Positions 47,690 through 56,853 of a stretch of 64,000 nucleotides of DNA are shown here, one piece after another. The DNA lies in assembly GCA_963842525.1 (NCBI GenBank), contig CAWJGT010000009.1:448001-512000 (forward strand), in the 5' to 3' direction. Every line of letters begins with the position of its first letter. Positions within the stretch are counted from its first letter, which is position 1. The notes beneath the pieces are model-generated. The model had not been told where the DNA came from. It ran no database searches and was given only the letters and a program-made list of their open reading frames with translations. Source of the DNA: an uncultured Holophagales bacterium (lineage in GTDB: Bacteria; Acidobacteriota; Thermoanaerobaculia; Multivoradales; UBA5704). The translations under genes and the position numbers were made by a program.

Positions 47690-49032
47690 CGGATGCGCTC
47701 GCGGTGGAGCTGCGCCGCGGGGTCGAGGGGGAGGTCCGCACCGACGGGATGGCGGCCCGGTCCACCGATTTCGGGCGGCTCGTGCGGAAGACGCCACGCG
47801 TGATCGTCCGGCCGGCCGGCGAGCGGGACCTGGTCCATGCCCTGCGGGTCGCCCGGTCCCATGGCATCCCCGTCACCCTCCAAGGCAGCGCCCATTCGAT
47901 CAACGGCCAGTCCCTGAGCGATCAGGGGATCCTGATCGCCAACGTCCGTCGCCGGAGCGAGCCCCCCCGGCCGCTGCCGGGCGGTCGGATCGAGGTGTCG
48001 GCGCGGAGCCGTTGGCTCGACGTCGAGCGGAGCCTGCACCCCGCCGGCCAATGTGTGCCGGTGCTCGCCGACTACCTCCCCCTGTCCGTGGGGGGCACCC
48101 TGTCCGTGGGCGGCTACGGCATCGACTCCATCGCCGACGGCGCCCTGGTGGATCAGGTGGAGCGGCTTCGCCTGGTCCTGCCCGACGGCTCGGCCCTCTG
48201 GTGCTCCCGGGAGGAACAGGACGAGCTCTTCCGGTTCGCCCTGGCCGGGATGGGCCAGGTGGGGGCGGTGGAGCGGGCCGTGATCCGCACGCGTCCCTAC
48301 CGGCCGGTGACGGTCCTCTTCACGCATCGCCACGGGAGCCTGGTCGAGATGGTCGAGGCGCTGGAGGATCTGACCCGGGAAGGGGAGCCGCTGCCGGAGC
48401 TCTGCAAGGGCCTCTCGTCCCGAGGCCGGTTCCTGACCACCTGCGGAGCCCACGCCGACAGCCTGGGAGCGGCCCTCGCGGCGGCACCGCCGCCCGCCTG
48501 GCGCGGGTCCGCGGCGCGGCGGCTGATCTGTCCGGCCTACCGGGCCTGGAGGAGCCGCACGGTCGCCTTCTGGACGGCGCGCTTCCACCGCCGGATCAAG
48601 CTGTGGAGCGACTACGTCCTCGATTTCGCGGGCCTGCGCGCGCTGGCGGCCCACGCCGCCGAGCTGATCGACCGGGATGCCTTCGCCGGGTGCCTGCAGG
48701 CTGTCTATATCGTCCCGATCCGGCGGCCCCCCGGCGCTGCCGATCTGCCGTTCGAGGCCGCCGGCATCCGCGGCGCGCGGATCAAGCTCGGCATCGGCTT
48801 CTACACCATGGTGCCGCCGCGGGACCGCGAGGCCCTGCTGCGCGTCCAGGCGGCGGCGGCTTCCTGTCTCGCCAAGTGCGTCGAAGTAGGCGGGCGACCC
48901 TATCTCTACGGCTGGCACCGGCTCGACCGGCAGATGCTGGCGGACCTCTACGGCAGCGCCTGGACCCGGATGCTCGAGCTGCGCCGCGAGCTCGATCCCG
49001 GGGGTGTCTTCCAGCCGGACAAGCTGCCGTGA
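47686..49032 (+). CDS. FAD-linked oxidase (VAO family), cytokinin-dehydrogenase-like
   Basis: STDFG...P...VRP, GSAHSINGQS, DYLPLSVGGTLSVGG and terminal LDPGGVF; GTGA-coupled to the carbamoyltransferase stop. Confidence 0.8.
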   Translation: MTDALAVELRRGVEGEVRTDGMAARSTDFGRLVRKTPRVIVRPAGERDLVHALRVARSHGIPVTLQGSAHSINGQSLSDQGILIANVRRRSEPPRPLPGGRIEVSARSRWLDVERSLHPAGQCVPVLADYLPLSVGGTLSVGGYGIDSIADGALVDQVERLRLVLPDGSALWCSREEQDELFRFALAGMGQVGAVERAVIRTRPYRPVTVLFTHRHGSLVEMVEALEDLTREGEPLPELCKGLSSRGRFLTTCGAHADSLGAALAAAPPPAWRGSAARRLICPAYRAWRSRTVAFWTARFHRRIKLWSDYVLDFAGLRALAAHAAELIDRDAFAGCLQAVYIVPIRRPPGAADLPFEAAGIRGARIKLGIGFYTMVPPRDREALLRVQAAAASCLAKCVEVGGRPYLYGWHRLDRQMLADLYGSAWTRMLELRRELDPGGVFQPDKLP

Positions 49033-49082
49033 CCCCTGGGATCGCACTGGAATTCGAGTCATACTAGCGGCGGAGCTCTGTC

Positions 49083-52000
49083 ATGCGTTGTCCCACCTGC
49101 CTGCTCGAAAACCCGGAGGGGATGCGGCACTGCGGCGGCTGCGGCAGCCCTCTGCCAATGCAATGCCCGCGCTGCGGCGGGCTCGTCCCCCCGAAGTTCC
49201 GGTTCTGCGGCCACTGCGGCTCGGAGCTCGGCAGCGTTGCGGAGGCGAGCGGGACGATCGCGGTCACCGACAGCGGGGAGGACCGGCGCCTGCTCACGGT
49301 GCTGTTCTGCGACCTGGTCGGCTCAACGGCGCTCTCCGAACGGCTCGATCCGGAGGATCTGCGGGAGGTCGTGCGTGCCTACCAGCGGACCGCCAGCGAG
49401 GTCGTGGAGCGCTTCTCCGGGCACGTGGCGCAGTTCCTGGGGGACGGGCTCCTGATCTATTTCGGCTATCCCCAGGCCCATGAGGACGACGCCCGCCGGG
49501 CGGTCCTCGCCGGTCTCGGCATCCTCCAGGCCATCGAGGGGCTGGATGCGCGGATGGCGCTCCGCGGCATCCGGCTTGCGGTGCGGCTGGGGATCCACAC
49601 CGGGCCCGTCGTGATCGGACGCGTGGGCACGGACAGCTCCTCGGAGAGGCTCGCGCTCGGCTCGACCCTCAACATCGCCGCCCGCCTGCAGGGCCTCGCC
49701 GAGCCGGGCACCCTGGTGCTGAGCCATTCCACCTACAAGCTCGTCGAGCCGTTTTTCTTCTGTCTCCCCCTGGGGGCGCAGGCCCTCAAGGGGGTCTCGC
49801 GGCCCGTCGAGGTGTATCGGGTCGTGGCGGAAAAAGGCGCCGGGGATCCCCAGGATACGACGGCCTCCGGCGGGTCCGCACCCATGGTGGGTCGCGAGAA
49901 CGCCCGGTCGCGTCTGACCGAGTGGCTCGCGTGCTCGCGCCACGGCGCCGGGCAGGCCGTGCTCGTCGTCGCCGAGCCGGGGGTCGGCAAGTCGCGTCTT
50001 GTGCGGGCGTTGCGCGAGCAACCCGAAACGCGGCAGCATACCTGGTTGCCGGGATACTGCTCACCCTACGAAGAGACCAGCGCCCTCGGCCCCTTCCTCC
50101 ACATCTTCCGCCGGCTTTTTCGCCTGCGGCGGGAGGATGGCAACGAGGAGAAGCTTCGCAAGCTCGAGGAGGCCCTGGCAGGCCGGAGCGCCTCCGGAGA
50201 GGCCCTGCCCCTGCTCGCGGCCCTCCTCTCGCTGCCGCCGCGGGAGTCCTGGGCGCCGCTGGAGATGAGCGCCCAGAAGCAGAAGCAGAGGACGCTCGAG
50301 TGCATCGTCGAGCTGCTCACCGGCATGGCCCGGGAGCGGCCGTTGGTCTTCTGCCTGGAGGACCTCCACTGGGCCGACCCGTCATCCCTCGAGCTCGTGG
50401 GCATGCTGGTGCGCGCGGCGGAGACCGCGCCTCTCCTGGTCCTTCTGACCACCCGCCCGTCCTTCAATCCGTCCGCGGAGATCCAGCGTGCGGCAACCCT
50501 CACTCTGGACCGGCTCAACCGCGAGCAGTCCGAGGTGATCATCGCGGGGCTCACGCGGGGCAAGGCGCTGCCCGGGCTGGTGCTGGAGCAGCTCCTGGCC
50601 AAGGCCGACGGCATCCCGCTGTTTCTCGAGGAGCTGACCCGGACGGTGCTGGAATCGGGCGAGCTGCGGGAGGACAAGGACAGATTCGAGCTGGGCAGTG
50701 GGACCGTCTCCGTGACCATCCCCGATTCGCTGCGGGGGTCGCTGACCGCCCGCCTCGATCGCCTGGGGACCGTGCGCGAGGTGGCAAAGCTCGGAGCTGT
50801 GCTGGGACGGGAGTTCAGCTATGTCCTCATCGCGGCGATCTCGTCCCAGGACCCGGCCTCCCTGCAGCGGGGTCTGGAGCAGCTCGTCCGCGCGGAGCTC
50901 CTCTTCCAGCGCGGCCGGCTGCCGGATGCGACCTTCATTTTCAAGCACGCGCTGCTGCAGGAGGCGGCCTACGAGCTCCTGCTCCGGACCACGCGGCAGC
51001 AGTACCACCTGCGTATCGCCGAGGTCCTGATCGAGCGCTTCGCGGAACGCGCGGCGGCGCAGCCCGAGCTCGTCGCCCAGCACTTCACGGCAGCGGGCCA
51101 CCTCGCCCCGGCGATCGCCTACTGGCTCAAGGCCGGCACCCAGGCGCAGCAGCGGTCCGCCAACCTGGAGGCGATCCAGCACCTGGAAAGGGGTGTGGAG
51201 CTGCTCGCTGCCCTGCCCGCGAGCCCCGAGCGGGACGCGCAGGAGCTGCAGCTCCAGCTCTCTCTCGGCATGGCCCTGGCCTCGGTCGACGGCTTCGTGG
51301 CTCCCAAGGTCGAGCGTGCCTTGCGGCAGGCCAAGGACCTGTGCGACCGGATGGACGATGCTCCGGAGCTTTTCTGGGTGCTCCTCGGCCTGAGGAACTT
51401 CCGCCAGGTGCGTGGAGAGCTCCTGGAAGCGGAACGGCTGACCTTGCGGATGCTGGAGCTCGCCGAGGCGCGCCAGGAGCCGCTCCTCCTCGCCACGGCC
51501 CTCTCGGCTTCCTGCATGATCAACTTCTATCTGGGAGATTTCGCCAAGGCGCGGGAGCACGCTGAACGGAGCCTTGCCCTCGGCGATTCCTACGATGCGA
51601 TGTCTCTGACGCGCGCCGGGATCGAAACGCCGGTCGGCTCCCACGCCTATCTGTCGCTCGTGCTCTGGCATCTGGGCTATCCGGGAGCTCGCAATCCGGC
51701 ACGGCGACATGGCAGTCGCCGTGGCCCGACGCGGCGGGCACGCGTACTCCCTCGCGTCGGCGCTGGTGTTCGGCGGCGTGGAGCTATGGCAATTCCTCCG
51801 CGACGCGGAGAAGGTCACCGCCCACGCGGAGGAGCTTTTCGCCGTCTGCCAGAAAGGCGGCTTCGCGCTTTGGGAGACCCAGGCATTCCTGTTCGGAGGA
51901 TGGGCCGCGGCCCATGCCGGCGGCAGCTCGGACGAGGGGACATGGTCGCAGAGCATCGAGCGCGGGCTTGCCATCCTCGACGCGATCGGAGGGCTCCTCG

Positions 52001-52434
52001 CCATGCCCTACTTCCTGAGCCTGAAGATCGAAGCCTGCCTGCATCACCACCGGCTGCCGGAAGCCCGCGAGATGTTGGAGAGAGCTTTCGCCATTGCGGC
52101 GCAGACGCGAGAGTCCTGCTGGAATGCGGAGCTCCACCGCCTCCACGGAGAGCTGATCCTGGCGGAGACAGGAGGGGGTGGCGCCGAGCAGGCCGAAGAA
52201 GTCTTCCAGAAGGGCTTGGAGACAGCCCGGAGCCAGGGCTCGCGAGGTCTGGAGCTGCGTGCCGCGGTCAGCCTGGGACGGCTGTGGAAGGAGCGCCGGA
52301 GGCCTGCCGCCGTCTGCGAGCTCCTGGAACCACTCTACGGCTGGTTCCAGGAGGGCTTCGCGACGCGCGAGCTGCAAGAGGCGCGGGCGTTGCTCGACGC
52401 CTGCCGCGTGGCCGAGCCCGCGTCTACCACTTGA
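49083..52434 (+). CDS. Double zinc ribbon + class III adenylate/guanylate cyclase + STAND-type ATPase + TPR; frameshift near 51690
   Basis: CxxC pairs, LFCDLVGST, FLGDG, RLGIHTG, NIAARLQ, EPGVGKS and LEDLHWAD; C-terminal LELRAAVSL...YGWFQEGFAT is in the second frame. Confidence 0.9.
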
Positions 52435-54814
52435 ACGAGACGTGGGCGAGGGCCCGGCGGCGGAGCAGGTCGCCTCCGAAGGCCTCGTAATGCACTTCGT
52501 CCAGGAGGTTGCTGACGTCGATTCCAGCCTCCCAATGTTTGTGGACGAGATAGCTGACGTGCAGGTCCATCACCTCGTACGAGGGCACCGGCCCGATGTA
52601 GATCCCGGACGCCCAGGGGAAACCATCGACCCAGCGATAGCCGAGGGCTGCCGCGAACCGGTCTCCGCGGTAGATTCCGGAGATGCCGGCCTGCCACTCA
52701 GGGGCGTTCGGGATCACCTCGGCACCCGGAGTCGCCTCGCGGACTTCGAAATCGAACCAGGAGCCCGAGAGCTGCCACTGCCACTGCGGAGATGGCTGAT
52801 AGCTCAGCGCGAGCTCGACTCCCTGGCTGTCGACCCTGCCGGTGTTGGTGTTGGACACGACGACCAAGGGGGCTCCGCCCGGGCCGTTGGTCAGGCCCGG
52901 GATGAGCGACCGCAGAGTGCTTTCCACGGCGGCTGCCGCCGCCGGAGCGAGCTGCGAGGGAGCCTGGTAGGGAGGGAAGGCCGGGTTGGCGCCGGGCAGC
53001 AGATTGCTGATGAAATTCTCCATCCGGTTGCGGTAATAGTCGGTGGTCAGAAACCACCGGTTCCCCAGGATGCCCTGATAACCCAGCTCGAAGCTCCGGA
53101 TGTCTTCGACCTTGAGGTCCGGGTTGCCCAGCGCGAAGATGGGCACGCTGTCCAGGCCGAGGGGGACACCGCCGAGCAGCGGCGCGAGCGCGGCCTCGAC
53201 GGCTGACAGGTCGAGCGGCAGGCCGCCCGGCACGCGCAGGAACAGCTCCGTGTAATTGCCGACCTGGAAGGCCTCGTTGTAGGACAGACGCAGCGTATGG
53301 CTGGCGGCCGGAGCCCAGACCAGGGATGCCCGGGGCGAGACCCGGGAATCGTGCAATGTGCTGTCGTCCCAGCGCGCCGCGACCACCGCCTTGAGCCGGG
53401 AGGACAGGTCATAGGAGATCTGGGCGAACAGAGCCTCCTCCTGCGTGTCGACGGCATGGACGTAGAGCGTCTGCATACCATGGGGGTCGGCGCTGTCGAC
53501 CGCCTCGTCGAGATAGGAGATGCCGCCGACCAGGTGGCCCCTGCCGCGCGCGACCTCGCGCTCGCCCAACAGCTCCAGACGGTAGTTATCGCTTTCGTTG
53601 TAGAGCGGGACGCCAGCCTGGCGGGCGATCACCACGCCGGTGCGCTGGTTGTAGTGGCCCGCGAAGCTCCAGTGGAGCGCATCGTAGCCGGCGCGTGCCC
53701 ACGACCGCTCCCCCTCGATCTGTTGGAGCCGGCCGGCCTGCGCGACGAACGTCTCGCCGTCTCCCTGCCAGGTCCCGCCCTCGAGGGTGAGCAGGTCGCC
53801 ATCGGCAAGGTATTTGTCGAGCCGCAGGGAGCCTGCATCGACCTCGATGCCTCCCGGCACGAGGGGAACCACATCCCGCGGCAGCCCCGCATACTCGACC
53901 GTGTCGGTGCGCGGCTCGGTGAACGACTCGCTTTCCGTGTGGTTGCCGAGCAGCTTGAAATACCAGTCCCGTCCCAGGCTGCCGGCCCAGCGGGCCTCGG
54001 CCATGGCCGTATCGAGCTCGCCGGCCGTCAGCCGGATGGCGCCGCCCTGGCTGTCGCGGGGTGCCCGGGTCGTCAGGCTGAGCACGCCATTGATGCTGTT
54101 GGCGCCATAGAGGGCCGCCCCGGGCCCGCGCACGAGCTCCACGCTGGCGAGGTCGTCCGCGAGGAGGACCAGGGTCCACCACTCCATCCCGGATGTCTCG
54201 GGGATGGACGGATCGCGTCCGTCGATCAGGGTCTGGATGCGCCGCGTCAGGAAGCCGTTGAACCCGCGGGTATTGAGGTTGAAATCATAGAGGCCGCTCT
54301 GCGTCACCTCGGCTCCGGCGGTGAACCGCAGCAACGAGGCGATCTGCCCCGAGCCATTCTGGAGAGCGGCATCCGCCTCGCCGATGGCGGTCACCGCCGC
54401 CGGTGCCTCGACCAGGCGCTCCCTGCGCCGCGAGGCCGCGGAGACGGTGATCGTGTCGGCAAAGCTGAAGCTCCCTGCCACCTGCTTCTCGAGACGGGCC
54501 GCCCGGCCCGCCTCGACGACCGTTTCGCTGGGCGGCACGTCCAGCCCCTCCAGGTGGAAGGAGACGGTATAGGTGCCCGGCGGAACGCCGGCGAAGGAGA
54601 AGCTCCCGGCCTCGTCTGTGAGCACGGTGCGGCTGGTGGGCTGGAGCGTGACCTCGACCCCTCCCACGCCTCTCCCGTCCTCCGCGACAACCCGCCCTTC
54701 GATCCGGCCCGGGAGATCGTCCGAGATCTCCTGGTGGGCGCGGAGCGGGAGCGCGGGCGCTAGGAGCGGGCATAGCAGGCACACGATCAGGATGGACGTT
54801 CTCCGCATCACCAT
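52424..54814 (-). CDS. TonB-dependent receptor with N-terminal carboxypeptidase-regulatory-like domain
   Basis: Signal peptide, VELVRGPGAALYGANSINGV plug motif, NLLD and terminal SFKW. Confidence 0.92.
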   Translation of the reverse strand: MVMRRTSILIVCLLCPLLAPALPLRAHQEISDDLPGRIEGRVVAEDGRGVGGVEVTLQPTSRTVLTDEAGSFSFAGVPPGTYTVSFHLEGLDVPPSETVVEAGRAARLEKQVAGSFSFADTITVSAASRRRERLVEAPAAVTAIGEADAALQNGSGQIASLLRFTAGAEVTQSGLYDFNLNTRGFNGFLTRRIQTLIDGRDPSIPETSGMEWWTLVLLADDLASVELVRGPGAALYGANSINGVLSLTTRAPRDSQGGAIRLTAGELDTAMAEARWAGSLGRDWYFKLLGNHTESESFTEPRTDTVEYAGLPRDVVPLVPGGIEVDAGSLRLDKYLADGDLLTLEGGTWQGDGETFVAQAGRLQQIEGERSWARAGYDALHWSFAGHYNQRTGVVIARQAGVPLYNESDNYRLELLGEREVARGRGHLVGGISYLDEAVDSADPHGMQTLYVHAVDTQEEALFAQISYDLSSRLKAVVAARWDDSTLHDSRVSPRASLVWAPAASHTLRLSYNEAFQVGNYTELFLRVPGGLPLDLSAVEAALAPLLGGVPLGLDSVPIFALGNPDLKVEDIRSFELGYQGILGNRWFLTTDYYRNRMENFISNLLPGANPAFPPYQAPSQLAPAAAAAVESTLRSLIPGLTNGPGGAPLVVVSNTNTGRVDSQGVELALSYQPSPQWQWQLSGSWFDFEVREATPGAEVIPNAPEWQAGISGIYRGDRFAAALGYRWVDGFPWASGIYIGPVPSYEVMDLHVSYLVHKHWEAGIDVSNLLDEVHYEAFGGDLLRRRALAHVSFKW

Positions 54815-54986
54815 AGCGCCTCCCGTGGGCAACCCGTTTTTCCAAGTTTCATCCACTTGTACCACAAATTGCCGGCTCGCTTCAAGGCGCCTTGCCGGCC
54901 TGCCGGGGACTCGACTATCATCTTTCCAGCCCTGCGAAAATGAGCCACTCCGGCGTTGTGGCTGCGCTGATCAGGAGCGGATTCGG

Positions 54987-55883
54987 ATGCTCGAGATCAC
55001 CTCTCCCAGAATTGGCAGGATCCCGCTCGGCCTCAGGCCGTGGTCCCGGCTCTGCGGCTGTGTGCAGCTCCTGCGTCCTCCCGAGGCCAGCCTCGTCACG
55101 CTCGCCACCCTGACCGGCGCTCATCTCGCGAAGGTCGGAGCGGACGCTCCGGGAGCTCTCTGGCCGATGGCTGCCTCGAACACCCTGCTGTTCGCGGCTT
55201 CGATGGCGCTCAACGACGCCTGCGACGCCGCCGAGGATGCGATCAACAAACCCGCCCGCCCGATCCCTTCGGGGCGGGTGTTTCGTACCGAGGCGCTGGT
55301 CCTGGCCTGTCTGCTGTTCGCCGTGGGGGTCCTCCTCGCGGGCCTGGTCCTGCCGCGGCTCGGCGCGGCGGCCGCCGTCGTGGTCCTCGCCAGCTTCGTC
55401 TATTCCCTCCGCCTGAAGCGGATCCCTCTGACGGGCAATGTCCTGGTGGCGCTGGTGACGGTCTATCCGCTGGCCTGCTGGTGGCTGGCCTTCCCGCGCG
55501 TTTCGAGGCTCCACCTCGGAGTGGTCCTGGGGGTGTTCCTCTTCCGGCTCGGGGCCGAGCTCGTGAAGGCCTCCGAGGACTTCGAGGGCGACCGCGCCTG
55601 CGGCATCCGGACGGTCGCCACGGCCTGGTCCACCGGCTTCGCGAACCGCCTCGGGGTCACCTTCCTGGCCCTGGCCCTGGCGCTCTGCTGGGGCCTGGCC
55701 GGGATCGCGCGGACGAGCGCCGCCTTCGTCCCGCTCCTGGGCCTGTCGTCGCTCCTGGTCGCCGCTGCCTGGCTCCGGACCTTCTTCTTCCCGCGGCCGA
55801 ACGACGGGCGCGCGCTCGTCGCGGTCGAACGCGCAGTCATGGTGATGATGTCGATCGCGCTCCTCCTGGGGCTCAGGCCCTGA
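54987..55883 (+). CDS. UbiA-family membrane prenyltransferase
   Basis: NDACDAAEDAINKPARPIPSG and EDFEGDRACG Asp-rich motifs, YS..LK, multiple TM; AGGAG RBS. Confidence 0.88.
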   Translation: MLEITSPRIGRIPLGLRPWSRLCGCVQLLRPPEASLVTLATLTGAHLAKVGADAPGALWPMAASNTLLFAASMALNDACDAAEDAINKPARPIPSGRVFRTEALVLACLLFAVGVLLAGLVLPRLGAAAAVVVLASFVYSLRLKRIPLTGNVLVALVTVYPLACWWLAFPRVSRLHLGVVLGVFLFRLGAELVKASEDFEGDRACGIRTVATAWSTGFANRLGVTFLALALALCWGLAGIARTSAAFVPLLGLSSLLVAAAWLRTFFFPRPNDGRALVAVERAVMVMMSIALLLGLRP

Positions 55884-56228
55884 GATGGCGCACCTCGGTA
55901 TGTGTTGTCCATACCTCGGCAGCCATCCTGTCAAACATAACTGAAGTCGTCACTTGTTTCTGGCGCTTGACCTCATCTAGGATTGTCTCCTATTCGCAAG
56001 AGCAAACTCGTCACCGGACGGGGATGCTGCCAGGGCGCGGATTTTCGGGGTCTGCGCACCGTCATAGGTGGAGAGCCAGATTTGCCGTCGTCTCACCCCT
56101 TTTCTGATCCTTCCCTCCGGTGCCCGCACCGCCCTTCGCGGGGTCCGCCCCGCCGGCCCGGCCTCCCCCTGATTGCCCCCGAGCGGCTTCTCTCCCCCCC
56201 TTCAACCCTCGATTGCAGGAGGTTCACG

Positions 56229-56840
56229 ATGTATCGATCGAAATATTGCGCAGGGCTCCTGGTGGCCATGCTCCTGGCCGGCGGCCTTCCCCTGTCTGCG
56301 AGCACCGTGCTCCAATTGAACCTGGCGCAGATGTGTGACCGCGCCGAATTCATCTTCCGCGGCACTCTCCTGGACGTCCGGGAAGGTACCGTGGACGCTG
56401 GCGGCGGCAAGCTCCCGACTGTCACCTATCGTCTCCGGGTGGACGAGTCCTTCAAGGGCTCGTACCAGGTCGTCAAGGGCATGCAGATTGCCGAGATCAC
56501 GATGGTCGGCAAGCTCAAGGCTGGCACCTCCTCGGGGATGCGAGCGATGCCGGTCCTGCCGGAGCCGCCGCGCCTGTCGGTCGGCCGGGACTACCTGCTG
56601 CTCACCACACCGGCCAGCGCCATCGGCTTGTCGACGACGGTGGGGCTGGACCAGGGCGCCTTCCTGGTCAGCGGCAAGCCGGGCCAGGAGCTCGCGGTCA
56701 ACGGCAACCACAACCGCGGCCTGCTCAACGGCATGGGCGCGTCGGCCGCCGCCGCCACCAAGACGGCCAGCACCTCGCCGGACGGACCGCTTCCGTACGC
56801 CGAGCTGGCACAACTGATCCGCGGCATCGTCGGGAACTGA
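56229..56840 (+). CDS. Secreted protein resembling the N-terminal domain of matrixin-type proteases
   Basis: Signal peptide, then STVLQLNLAQMCDRAEFIFRGTL...V...FKG...GRDYLL...VGLDQGAF. Confidence 0.65.
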   Translation: MYRSKYCAGLLVAMLLAGGLPLSASTVLQLNLAQMCDRAEFIFRGTLLDVREGTVDAGGGKLPTVTYRLRVDESFKGSYQVVKGMQIAEITMVGKLKAGTSSGMRAMPVLPEPPRLSVGRDYLLLTTPASAIGLSTTVGLDQGAFLVSGKPGQELAVNGNHNRGLLNGMGASAAAATKTASTSPDGPLPYAELAQLIRGIVGN

Positions 56841-56853
56841 GAGGAGAACGACC

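Noticed and set aside
45904-49032. 1042-aa carbamoyltransferase-oxidase fusion
   Set aside because: Frameshift artefact: the carbamoyltransferase C-half is in another frame ending at 47689, and the oxidase has its own coupled GTG at 47686.
55890-56228. Riboswitch or ncRNA in the long leader before the protease operon
   Set aside because: Only generic GC hairpins and pyrimidine tracts; no recognisable aptamer consensus. An Rfam/Infernal scan would be needed.
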